In this document: piece after piece, positions 24,101 through 36,902 of the stretch | How positions within the stretch are numbered: the stretch's first letter is position 1 | Layout: each line of letters begins with the position of its first letter | Assembly (NCBI GenBank): GCA_045837725.1 | Contig: JBEWZL010000215.1 | Location: 1 to 64,000, forward strand | Direction: 5' to 3' | Length of the DNA: 64,000 nt | Origin: Vermamoeba vermiformis | Taxonomy: Eukaryota | The notes under the pieces: model-generated | Databases searched by the model: none | Told to the model about the DNA's origin: nothing | What the model saw: only the letters and a program-made list of their open reading frames with translations | Position numbers and translations under genes: made by a program

Positions 24101-27100
24101 GTGTCAAAGCCTTGAGACGCGATGTCCTTGTTGAGATTGAGGATCTTGTACTCGATGTTGGGGTGATCAGGGAACATCTGTTGAGCGTCCTTGAGGAACT
24201 TTTGGGAGATGTCGGTGAAGGTGTACTTGAAATTAGCCTTGCCGTCCAACACCTTCAAGACTTCACGTGTCAAAACACCAGTACCTGCTCCAACTTCGAG
24301 GATGCGAATGACGCGATCTTTGTCACCGCTTTGAGCAATGACATTATCAACAGTCGAACCAACCACCTTGGCCAACTCCTTGAACGTAGGGCATGAAGGT
24401 GGTGCTCTTGTACAAGCGTTCCATCAAATCGTCGGTGAACAACAACTTTTGGGCCATGAGAGGGTCCTTCAACAGTTGCAGGAAGTTCTCACCGACACGC
24501 TTAACAGCCTCAGCTTCAGTAGCCATAACTCTGACGTTATCGATCTCGGTCTCAGCGGTGGCAGTGACCTCGGCTTGGCGGGCTTGAACGAGCTCATTGC
24601 ACCAAGCAATGTATCTTTGACGGTGAGGTTGAGCTGTTTCAACAATGCGAGGAGGCAAAGCCTTCAATGCCTTGCCAATGTAAGACACGCAAGCCAAGTC
24701 GAAAGACTTCTCCAATTTGCTAGCTTCGAGCATGTCAGGGACATCAAGAACAGGAGGCAACAAAGCAGATTCGTGAGCAGGAAGTTCCCAAGATTGCCAC
24801 TTGACAGTGAAGTTCTTCTGTTCGATGACTTCAGCAGTACCAATAGGAGCAACAATAACACCAGACACACGACCAATGACGCGCTTGTTCTCAGTGTCGT
24901 AAGCAACCAAATCTCCTTGGAGAGATCCTTCAGGATGACCAGCGGTAACAACAGGGCTAGTTCGCGAATAGACGGTGAACTTTCTGGTAGGCTTCTTGGT
25001 GGCAGGAGTGTCGTGTCGTCCTTGCAAGTCTTCAGCGTCGTACCAATCAATGCGATCAATGTGCACGGGTACAAATGTAGTGCTGAGGTTCTTGAATGAA
25101 GACAACATTGCTTGGAAGCAAATGTCCAAAACAGCAGGGTGCAATTTGAAATCGTCTTCGAAAGCGTTGTCCAAGTGGCTCACATCGACTTCAGCGAAGC
25201 CAGTCTTGTCAGACACTTGACCGGAGTTAGTAATGCCTTGGAAGAAGTGACCATAAGCCAAGTTGATGGACTTGAATCTGTCATAGCACTCGCGCTTGTT
25301 GAAGTTGCGCGACGATTTGGCAGCTTCACTTTGGATAGCTTGAATCCAGCTATCATCAGCATCAGAGGCTGTTGTAGCAGGTTGAGCAGAAGCATGAAGA
25401 ACCCACTCGACGTCATCCCATTGATCGGGCTTGGAGAAAACTTTGACAGTCTTATCACCCTCTTTGTTGACGGTGATGCGAACATCACGGTAGTCGTTGT
25501 CCGTCAAGGTCATTACGCGACCAATAGTGACGTTTGTGAGTGAAGTAGTGTTGAGAGCTTCCATGGCCATTTCAACGTATCCAGCGCCAGGGAACACAAT
25601 GGCGTCTTGAACTACGTGATCGCCGACCCATCTGTGCTTCTTTACCGACAATCTGGTAGCCCAAGTATCACGCTCGGGATGTTGTTGCTTGACGCCCAAG
25701 AGAGTGGAGTACATGCCCTCAGGTACAATACGGTTCATGAGGTGGTCCTTGTCTTCTTTCCAGCACACGGTGTTGAGGTGAGGATACGGCAACACATTGT
25801 TGTGCAAAGGCACGATAGGTGTCTCGGTACCCAATAAACCGTCGATGTTGATGTTGTAGTTGTAGGAAATCAAAGATCCAACAGCGTTCAAAATTGCGTT
25901 CTGCTCGGGTTGCTCGCGGTGCAAAGAGAAGAGCGAGGTCTTGCCACCACTTTGCTTGATGTTAGTACCAAGCACGGGGTGTGCGGTCAATTCTAAGAAG
26001 ATAGTGTCGGGACCAAAGCGTTCAATGCAACCCTTGACGGCGGCTTGGAATCTGACTGGACGTTCAATGTTCAACCACATGTAGTCAGCGGAGAACTTCT
26101 CGGTTTGCCAAGTACCGTAGACTGTGGAGAACAAAGGAATGTTGGGAGTGTGAGTCTCGTGCAAAGTGCGACCGAACAAAGCCAAGGCCTCCTCGCGGAC
26201 GGCACTCATGATGGGAGTGTGATAAGCATTGTTGATCTTCAAAATGCGGTTGAAAATCTTCTTCTCTTGGCACTTAGCAGCCAACTTCTGAATAGCATCG
26301 GGGTAACCTCCGACAGTAACGGATTCAGGGCTATTGTAAGCGGCAATCCAAGCGCGTTGATTCTCGGGGTTTCCATCTTCAGACACAAGCCAAGGCTCGA
26401 TGACGTCGGCGCTAGCTCCGATGGCAATCATTGTGCCCTTGCCGTCAAGCTTTTCGAGCAACTTTGAACGATAGTAGGCAACTTCCACGATTTGGTTAAG
26501 AGAGCACGAGTTAGCGGCATAAGCTGCAGCCATTTCACCAAAGCTGTGACCAACGACAGCTGAAGGAGTGATGCCAAGCGACTTCCAAAGATCAATCAGG
26601 GCGATCTGAAGGAAGATCAATGAAGGCAATGTGTGTTTGAGATTGTGCACGGCGTTAGGATCTCCACGAGTAGCGCCAAAGATACCAATGTCCTCTACCA
26701 GTGAGTAACCGGACACTGCTTTGAAGATTGAGTCGCACTTGTCGATAGCTTGACGGAAGGCTGGGAAGAGTTGGTAGAGTTGGCGACCCATCTCAGGGTG
26801 TTGAGGGCCTTGACCACCAAAGACCCAAACAAGCGGCTCGCGTTGTGAGGTTTGCTTGGGATCAGAGAAGACAGCATTGTTGGGAGTAGCACCGACACCC
26901 AACGACACATAGCGTTGAAGTTGTCTGCGCATCATAGTGGCTGAGAAATTTCGTGCAGTCATGGCGTTGTCAGCGGTAGCCTCAGGCACAAATGGAAGTG
27001 CCTTGGCTTGTTCAATACGAGTCTCAAGGGCCTTAGAAGTCTCAGCAGTCAACACATACAAGTAGGGAGCGTTGAGAGTGAACGGATAGTGAGACAACTT

Positions 27101-29095
27101 GGCGGGAGTGGTGCGGCCAAAACCTTCGATGATGACGCAACTAACCACAAGGTCAGAACAGTTAACAAGTAAATATCAGCCTACATACCCGTTGGAACCA
27201 CCAAAACCGAATGAAGAAACAGCCATCAATTTGCCAGCAGAATCGAACTTTTCGACTTCAGTTTGCACGCGAAGTTTCTAAAAAAGGAAATTAGATTCAC
27301 ATCTTGATTTTGGTTCCTTTATGTGCTTACGTGTTGGTCCCATTTAATGTCGGGATTAGGGGTCTCAAAGTTAATATTGGGCACCAAGCAACCTTTGTCG
27401 AGCATCAAGGTGGCTTTGATCAAACCAGCCATGAAACTGGCGCACTCCAAGTGACCTACGTTTGACTTGACAGAACCCACGCGCAAGATATCGGATCTTT
27501 CACCTCCAAAGACCTCTCCGATAGAGTTAGCCTCGATAGGGTCTCCAACTTTAGTTCCTGTAGCGTGAGCCTCGACATAGTAAACAGATCGAGGGTTGAC
27601 TCCGGCAGTTTGTGCTGCTCTTTTGAAAGCCTCTTGTTGAGCATCTACAGCAATATAATTAATGACCGCTTGCAAAGTAGGCCTAATAGTCCGAAACTTA
27701 CCTCCGTTGGGCATAGTCAGTGAAGGGGATCGCTTTCCGTCAGAGTTGCAAGCTGATCCACGAACGACACAGTAAATGTGATCACCGTCTCGCAAAGCAG
27801 CCTCCAAGGGCTTGACAATAACGACACCGCAGCCTTCTGAGCGCACGTAGCCATCGGCACCTTTGTCGAAGGATCTGCAACGGCCGTTAGGTGAGAGAAC
27901 GCCGAGCTTGCTGAACTCAATCATCACAGTAGGATCAAGAATCATATTGACACCTGCGTAAGAGCCATCAGCAAACATAGTAAAGATATTCCGCGGGAAA
28001 ATTCGATCGAATCGGGAAATTAAAACTGGAAGGCGGATCTTCGGGGGAAATTGAATACATACCACCGACTAGGGCCTGGTCACAATCGCCGTCACGAATA
28101 GCCTTGCATGCTTCATGGAATGCAGTCACTGAGGATGAGCAAGCAGTATCAATGCTCATTGAGGGACCTTGGAGATTGAACACGAAGCTGATTCTGTTGG
28201 CGTTGATTGAGAGCGTGCAGCCAGTGATAGAGTATGATGTAATGGTGTCTCGGTCATGCGCAGCAACACCGTACTGTTCTTCCATGCCTACACCAACGAA
28301 AACTCCCGTGCGCGATCCGTTGTATTTAATTCCCGAATCCTCCAATGCCGCTAAAGAAACCTTTATTTGAGGTTAATAATGAATTCACATTCAATATATA
28401 ATATGCACGTACCTCTAAAAGCATTTTCTGTTGAGGATCCATGCACTCTGCTTCACGTTTTGAGATGCCGAAGGCTTCGTTATCAAACTCGAAGATTCTA
28501 TCGACAAAACCGCAATAAGATGTGAGTGCTTTCGATGGACGCTCCTTGTCTGCAAGAAAGTAGGTAAGTAAGAGCTAAAATGATTTAACCGCCACAGATC
28601 GGTTTCTCTAATTACTAAAAAAAATTGTATTTTCGCAAGTATTAATTTTGTGCACTAGGGCGTTCGGTTAAATTGATGTTCTATTAGATCCTTAAGTTTG
28701 AGACCAGTCTCACTTTCAGACCCTTAAAATGTCGGATCGGATTGTGAACCGAAAAACAATTGAAAAATATCTTTATCAAATACAAAATATGTGACGCGTA
28801 AAACGCATTATAAGTATCACATTTAATGCATTGATCGTTGAAACGAAAGTTATGCGTCTGGATCGGATACCGCGGATCAGATTTGTATTTCCGTTTCTTA
28901 ATTTGTTCGAAAGGCTGATATTGTTGAAAAAAAGTTAAACGTACCTTTAGATGAATAGTAGCGAGCATTCCAACGATCCATCTTGGCCTCTGAAATGCAA
29001 TCCTTTCGGTTGACCAAGTTGTTCCAGAACTCGGCCGGGGAGTTACCGGAGCCTGGAAATCGATTGGCAACACCAATAATAGCTAAAGGCTGCAT
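21117..29095 (-). CDS. Highly reducing iterative type I polyketide synthase KS-AT-DH-MT-ER-KR-ACP, no thioesterase; multi-exon
   Basis: KS DTACSSS / EAHATGT / NVGHLE; AT GHSFG and AYH; DH HVVQDAIVFPGAGY and HPAVLD; MT ILEVGAGTG; ER LIHSGAGGIG; KR GGLGAVG and YAAGN; ACP LGLDSL. Confidence 0.95.
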
Positions 29096-30065
29096 TTTAA
29101 TCAGTGTTTGGCCTTGTTAAGTTATAATAAGCAAGTGGCCAGCAGCAAACATTTTTAGGCGTTTTGGATCAATTTTTGACTGCCAAAATCGATAAATTGA
29201 CGACCAAACTTCAACTATTCGGCTCTGGTTTCCGCGTGATTCTTCGGATACGTGTCTGTGATTCGCTGCGACGTTGGTAGCTGTGGAATTTCAATTGTAC
29301 AACGGGTGCTCTCGTATTATCTTGTACCCCTGTTGAAAATTGTTGACCGAGTAATGACTGAGTACCACGTTGATTATCACTGTCAATTATTGTTGATTGA
29401 ATTGCCAACAGCCTCTTTTGCTTGCAGGGTGAGAATGAGGTGATCTCGTTGATCCAGATTGCAAAACTTTCTAACCGTTGCGTTGGTCATCGTGTTTGCT
29501 TGTTATAGGTATGCGTTGATTTGCTAAAAATTATATACAAAAGGCTGCTTATAAGTGAAATTTTTGATCCCAGGGTGCCATCATTAGTTCGGTTTTCAAA
29601 ATAACCAAAAAATCGGTATTTAATCCAACAATATCAAAAAATATTGTAAAATGAATTTCTAACAAAGGACAGACTTGAAATAAAAAAAAAGCATATTGGT
29701 TGAAATAAAATCCCAACTCCGCCAACTTCAAATTACCGCGTCTTTCGATTAACCTCGCAGCCTTCTACTGATATATTTCCGATACAGCGACTGGGGCGCC
29801 GCCTAGTAAGCTGAAAAAATGAGGTAGCGCTAACACCGCATCACCGATGCCGACATTTTCTGCAACTTGCTTTCGTGACTATGATTCTCAGTATAACAGG
29901 TGAGATGTGTATGAACGTAATGTAAATACAAGATAACAAGAGGAGGAAAGCTACGCTGCCCAGCGCTAGCGGATGGGAACTTGGAAGGCCCCGTACACAC
30001 ATTGACAGATCTGACATTTGGTTGAACAAGAATACGCTTTGATTTAATACTGAGACAACATGTGC

Positions 30066-31503
30066 CTACTGGCTATTTGGTCTCTGGAGGTACAATCCGA
30101 AATCACGCGTCGTTGCGACAGTCGGACCTTCGTTGTCGTAAAGGCCACGTGTGATCCATCGCTTGTCAAATTTGTTTTGGATGATTGTAGCCAAAGGCGT
30201 CTAAGAAAGAAACATATCGTAAGTCAATGCTTCAGTGAGCAGTATATCACGTACTGTGCGCCAATAAGACACCACTTGTTTTGGGTGGGAGGTTACTTTG
30301 CAGAATCCTTTGCCGGCTAGTTTGATTCTCAGATCATGCTCGAGCCTTTCCTTGAAGCCTAGCATTCAAAAGTTAGCCGCACATCGTAGAGGTCAACTGC
30401 AGTAAGCAAAAATAGCAAGTACAGTTACGCTAACGTACCAGGAAACCACGTGTTGCCGCCAGCAAGAACTACGTTAGCTAAAGTGCCGAACGCCACTTTC
30501 GGATCGGCATCACTGGCAAGTACTGTGTCGTAGATCTCATCGATTAAAGGTTTGCGCTCCGTATCGTTGGTGAGGGCTGGATTGAATATGGTTTCAGGGG
30601 CCAAAAATAGCTCTTTGGTCAGTTTAATTGGTTGTTCGTCAATAGTGTACGATGGTAACTCGCTGTCTTCTTTGAGCAACAGTTCGTTTGGATTTAGCGC
30701 GACGTAACACTGGTTCTCTTTGATATATCTGCGAGGAATCGATAAATCACTTGTCCCTAGGTACGAGTCATTGGTTAAATACCTAATGATATCCTTCTTA
30801 ACATTAGCGTCACTTGAAAGCGCGGTAACTCTGTTAGATAGCCAGCCGTTCACATTAGCACCGCCGTACAGAATGTCTTTCACAGCTACAATACGGCAGT
30901 TCCTGATGACCACAATCTATTTGGAAGTTATGAGAATTTCGCGCTTGAAGTCGACAGTACCCGTACCTGTGTTAAATCATCGCCAGATTCAATGATAACG
31001 CCAAAGTTATTGAACAGTCCTGCTTTGTACAACGCGACTTCTGCGGTGGTCATCAACAACAACGCCGGGATAGTGAACGTTTCAAATAAGATCTGCACGA
31101 GTTTTTCTACTTCACTAGCGGGAGCTCCAGCTCGTATTAGCATTATAAGCTAATAAAATGATTGGCGTTACGCATTACGTTCAACAAAAGACAAAACTTA
31201 CACCATTTTCTTCTGGGGCTACGCGGAGCTGGTTGTAAAGAGTATCGTGCAATACTTTCTAAATAATGCACCATCAATATTTAGTCGTGAGCGTTAAAGC
31301 GTTCGGATTTGCCAATCGAATTTTTAAAAATTTACCTCCCAGTCATCCCAATTTACAACTCGACCTCCAACCACGGGGTATCTGTGTTAAGTATTATTTT
31401 AATTAATTATTGAGCGAATAAATACTTACTTTATAGTCAAAATGCCTGCTTTCGGATGCGTGTAACCTTTAAGCACGGCAGCGGGTGCGGTATAATGCTC
31501 CAT
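30066..31503 (-). CDS. Divergent actin-like protein lacking actin residues ~1-57; multi-exon
   Basis: Spliced product begins [57 protein letters not shown]. It continues through LFETFTIPA, IESGDDLT, IKENQCYVAL, FLAPETIFNP, NVVLAGGNTWFPG, VVSYW and WITRGLYDNEGPTV, all collinear with actin ~58-375. An in-frame stop lies upstream of the ATG. Confidence 0.88.
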
Positions 31504-31701
31504 TGCTTGATTATACTTGTAACTGATTTTTCTTTGGCGAAAGAGCCTCTTGTTGTCTTGTAAGGCCAATACAAACTCGAAAATAGAGGAAATTCAAAGT
31601 CCAACCGCGAATTCTATTTTTGGTTCAGCTAAAGTCGGTATCAAAACGAGCAAAAAGGTTTATTGTTGACCACTTTTATCACAGAAAACACATATTTTAT
31701 C

Positions 31702-34700
31702 ATGTTGGCAGCTTTTGGCTATGTCATGCCGTTATTGCACGGCCCCACGTTGAACTTTTGCGCAGATGAGGAAGCAAACAACAAAATTAAATTATCAAAA
31801 ATGGTGGTGGAGTCGAAAATTAGGTAAGTTACTTGAATATTATTATAGCGTGACTGATCACAAAATTCAGCAAACTATTCGCCAAAACGACTATTTTCTT
31901 AACGTTCAAAAGCGAGCTAGAATTTGACGTTGAAGGAAATCTAGAATTTCCCTTGCCCGACGGTGCAGTGATTAATGGCTACGGGTAAGCTCGATAAATT
32001 TCTACAAAAGTCAAATATTAAATATTTCTGAAGACTGGATGTTGATGGTGTTATTGCCGACGCCTCTTTAGTTCCAAAAACCAAGGCCGAAGCAGTATTC
32101 GAAGAAGGTACTGTACTTCGCATTGTTACATTTCTAGGTGCTAATGATTGTACAGAAAAACGTAAAGGTGTTGATCCCGGATTGGTTCAGCAAGTTAAAG
32201 GCAACATGTTTCAAACACGCGTATATCCTATTCGAGCACATGGCACTCGCACTGTCAAAATTGTTTACACCTCCGAGCTAGCGACGGGCAAAGATAACTC
32301 GGCGATCTATGCCCATCCCGTGCCGTTGGAGTACAACATCGACTTCGAGGCCAGGTGTGGAAGTGGTCTCCAACACAGACGACGCGCCGATCTTCGCGAA
32401 CGAAGGCTTCGGTCCTGTGCAATTCACTCGAACTGGCGGAAGTTTTGTGTGCAAGATTGAGCGACACGATTGGTCCATTCCCGATGCCTCGATCGCCGTG
32501 GTGTTGCCCTCACAAAAAGCAACGGAGTTGTACATTGAGAGCGCAGAGGAGCGGCAGTACTTTGCCATTAGTGACGACTTGCCCAAGTGCGACGAGCCTC
32601 GTAAGTTGGTCGGTGGTACTGAAGTTCCAAAACTAATCGTTTGATTCCTTCAGGCAAAGTTCCCATCAATGTCGCCATTCTGTGGGATTGCTCTGGCAGC
32701 AGAGCGACTGAAGTAAGTTGTGGCGATTGAGAGTGAATTTGACTGTGCTAATGTTACGCTTCAGGCCAAAGAGATCGAGCTCGTCGAGAAGTTCGTCGAG
32801 TCCTGTGGCGACAACCTGTCGATTGACTTGTACAACTTCAGTACCTTTGTCGAACCGAAGAAGTCGTTCACCAAACAGAACATGAATGAGTTAATCAGCA
32901 CTCTAAAGAAAACGGTTTATGACGGGGCCACACGTTTCGATACTTTGCGCTCAACAATAGCCACGAACAACTATGATTGCTTCTTGCTCTTCAGCGACGG
33001 CATCACCTCTCTCGGGGATAATTGTGCACCGCTAGACGAATCTGCTGTTGGCACAACCAGCCCTATTTATGCATTTGGTGCCAGCACGGGTGCATGCGAT
33101 CACAATTTCTTGCGCTTGTGGGCTTATCAAACTGGCGGAGTTTATTTCAACTTGCAGTCCAAGAGCACGGACATCGGCGACGTCGTCAAGTCAATTGGCA
33201 AGCCTGTGCTCCGATTGGTCAGTGTTCGGGGCACGAGCGACAACGATGTCGAGCAAGTGTATCCTCCTGCTCTAACTCCTGTGGCATCGACCAACAATCA
33301 TTACGTCGTTGTTGGACAGTTGCGCGCCAAAGAGACAGAAGTTACTGTGAATTACGGCTTCGGACTGAACGATGTACGCGTCACAAAGAAGTACAAACTG
33401 AACGGCAATGTGACTAACACTGGTAAGATTACGGTTCTTTAAAAAAGGCGACTAATCTCCTTAGGTCTTATCTCTACTTTGTGGGCTCAATACAAGTTGC
33501 ACTCTTTGCAGTTCTTGCCCGAAAAGAACAAAGATGAGATTTTAGCATTGGGCCAAAAATTCAACTTTGTGACCTCAGAAACCAGCTTACTAGTGCTTGA
33601 GACCGTCGAACAGCATGCAGAGCACATGATCGAGCCCGCCAAGTCACGCAAAGAAATGTACGAGGCGTACCACAAGCTGAAAGAAGATTTCGAGCGAAGA
33701 TTGGAGAACTGGGAGACTGAGAAGGTAGCTCTCGTTGAGCAAATGTGGGAGGGCAGGTAAGTCAGCGCATGAATCAATATGCACGAACTAACGCGTGCCT
33801 TGCAGAGTGGCTTGGTGGGAAACAGGCGCAACACCACAACAACAAGGTCTCGAATACCCAAGCTTCTCTTATCCTGTCTTTGGTCCTTCCCCACTTGCTA
33901 ATGGCGCGAACGTTCCCACTGACAATAACATGATTGTGATTGAAATCGGCTCTGGGCTCACTAAGGCCGGATTTTTAGGCGAAACCAAGCCTCGAGCGAT
34001 AGTTCCAACCATGATCGGCAGACCTCGTCACACCGGTGTCATGGTCGGCATGGGTCAAAAGGACAGCTATGCCGGTGAAAGCCTTGATACTGGTGGCGAC
34101 GCAGAGAACGAGGAATCGGCTTCGGTTCAAGCGTCAGTGGTGCTTCAGCCTTGGAGCCCCAACACACCCTACACTGAAGCGATCAAAAAGGCACCCAAAC
34201 CCCAACAATACGAGGTGTATCTCACCCAGAAGGCACAGTACGGCAGTTCACCTGCATTCTACTTTGACTGCGCCAGTCACTTCTTTTACGACGGCCGACG
34301 AGACACTGCCATAAGAGTTCTCGGCAACATTTGCGAACTCAAAGTTGAACAAGCACAAATGTTACGCATCATGGCCTACAAGTTCTCTGAGATGGGTGAA
34401 ATCGATCTGGCTATCGAAGTGTTCCGCAAGGTGTTAACGCTGAAGCCATTTGAACCTCAGTCTTACAGGTATGACCGTAGCGAGGGCACATTGATCGGTA
34501 CTAATCAAGGAGCAGAGACTTGGCATTGGAACTGGCTCGCAAAGAAGAGTTCCAAGAAGCAATTGATTTGATGTTCAAAGTCATTGTTGGCTACTGGCCC
34601 GCTGCCTTCCAAGAGATCGAAATCACCGCGCTGTTCGAACTCAACAACATGATTGCCAAGGCTGATCGCAAGGGCTTTAAATACGTCTTGCCTAAATTGC

Positions 34701-35196
34701 TGACACCCAAGCTCGTCAAAAACTTGGACGTTGATTTGCGCATTTCAATGGCTTGGTAAGGACCGATGGTAATTGCGAGCGTTGATCTAACGCGAATGTG
34801 CTGCAGGGACACTGACAACACCGATCAAGATTTGCACGTAAAAGAGCCCGGAGGTACCGTGTGCAGCTACTACAACCGATTCCCTGCCTCAGGTGCGATG
34901 ATGTCACGCGACTTCAGACAAGGTTACGGACCCGAAGAGTAAGCACAGGCTCAGGTAGTACTCATGCAACATAGCACTAACGAGTTCGCGTTAGGTACAT
35001 GATTCGCAAGGCTAAAAAAGGTGTCTACGAGGCTACGACTAATTACTACGGTGGCGGTGGCATGTGCGGTCCGACAACGATCATTCTTTATTTCTTCACC
35101 AACTACGGTCGCGAGAATGAGCGAATGACAGTGACTACCACACGCTTGGCAGATAACCGCTCGACAAACATTATTGGCAGCATAACGATCACTTAA
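31702..35196 (+). CDS. VIT + vWA-like + TPR + DUF2135 protein with an embedded actin N-terminal segment; apparent 1-nt frameshift at ~32354
   Basis: VIT ([25 protein letters not shown]); vWA-like ([21 protein letters not shown]); LWAQYKL...[44 protein letters not shown] region; [19 protein letters not shown]...[12 protein letters not shown]...NYYGG C-terminal DUF2135-type domain. Confidence 0.85.
33921..34079 (+). other. Actin residues ~5-57 (phosphate-1 loop + D-loop) inserted in frame in the VIT/DUF2135 gene
   Basis: [53 protein letters not shown] aligns without gaps to actin [53 protein letters not shown] (actin sequence recalled from memory). Confidence 0.95.
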
Positions 35197-35227
35197 GGTG
35201 CAGTTGTAGTAATACATTAAAACTATA

Positions 35228-36527
35228 TTATTTATCTTCGATTGGTCTTCCATAGTCGTCGAACAGGTTGCATTTTAGCTTCCAGAACGGCTTCTTAATC
35301 CGCTCAAACAGCTGCTTGAATTCAGACGAGCGTTTCCTGTGATTTAATACCACAGGCAGTTCTTTTTCAGTGGCGGGGCCAATTGTAAAGGACAGTTCAC
35401 GAGGTCCGTCCATACCTTCAAAGTGCACGTATTGCAGATTGGCAGGCAGATTTTGCATGAGTAGTTGAATGGCTTTTGGATCCATAGTCATACCTAGTCA
35501 AATCGTTAGTTGCTTTGTTTTACCTTCTGAGCGGTCAGAAAAACTTACCTTTGTGCGTGTAGTTCTTAATCTTCTCGAGGATGCGCAGGATCTTGTCGTT
35601 ATCAACTTTATACAACTGATGAAAAGTGAATGATTCGAGCGATCTTCGGTCCAGTATTGCGTCGAGAAGTTGGGGCGTCAAATCGTAAAATCCGAGTTCC
35701 AAGATCGTGAGCTGTTTCAATGAGGCAAGAACTTGGCTCAACAGCTGTGAATTGATGTTGGAATTGTTCACTAATCGCAGCTCTTGCAATTCAGTCATAT
35801 TTTTAATGCACTCCAGTGCTTGTGGTGTAATTTTGCGGCACTGTCGCAATGACAAGATCTCGAGATTCTTCAACAGCGACAGAGACGAGTTGTCGAGCAG
35901 CACTTGACAGCTGTCAATGCGAAGCTCGCGCAAGGTTGGGCCATAGAAATTGCAAATCTTGGCCACAACGCGGTCATTGATCGCAGTGTGCGACAGATTC
36001 AGTCGACGGATGCGCGGCAGTTGATCCAACGCGTGGACCATTTCAGAGCTGTTGACTTTAGTGCCTGCCAAATTGAGTTCAGTGAGACCCGGCACTGCGG
36101 ATAGTGCATCGATAATAGTGGCTGTTGGGATTAGTTCGCAGTTGGACAGATCCACTCGCTTCAAGCCACCAAACCGTTTAGCGAGTGAATAGAGCATTTG
36201 ACCGTCGAATTTTTCTTTGGCAAACATGCGCCAGTTGAATGACGTAATGATGCTCCAGTACGTGGCGTTCCATCCGCGGCAAACCGTTCGCACTCTGAAC
36301 GATTTATTAATTATTCAAGCGTCTAAAAATTTCAGTATTTAAATGCTATTATTGTTGCTTGTAACTTACGACATTAAATCAATATTATCAAATTGGTCGA
36401 ACAAAATATACACTATGTCAACGGGCAAATCCAAAAAATCAATCGTGCCCTCGTTCATTCCATAAAAGGAGCCGATCTCATATTCGGTGGTCTCTTCCAC
36501 CTCCGTTTGCTCAATTTTCTCGTCCAT
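35228..36527 (-). CDS. F-box/leucine-rich repeat protein
   Basis: FLDLPVDIVYILF...VRTVCRGW F-box followed by LxxLxLxxC-type LRRs. Confidence 0.88.
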
Positions 36528-36902
36528 TATTAAGCAATTGTGGTGGACAGACAGGGGACTTAAAAAATTAAACGTTGTTGTGGAAATTTGTGAAACTATC
36601 TTCGCAAAACAACCAGAAGGCAGAAAAATCTAAGATGCACGATAGATTATGCTAATGTTCGTGCAAATACACGTGAATCAATTCAGCAAATGACTCGGAG
36701 TCAGGATGTCAAACTTTTAATTCCAGTCCATCAAAATTTGCCTTGGTATTATTGCCTTGGAAGGTACAAATCTAAACTAAATACAAATACTAATTATATT
36801 GATTTTTCTATGGCATGTCAACCTTTTTAGAACAACCAAATAATTATTTGGTTTACGGAACCCTTGTGTAATTTCGCTTTCATACCCGATTAATAAGCAA
36901 AC

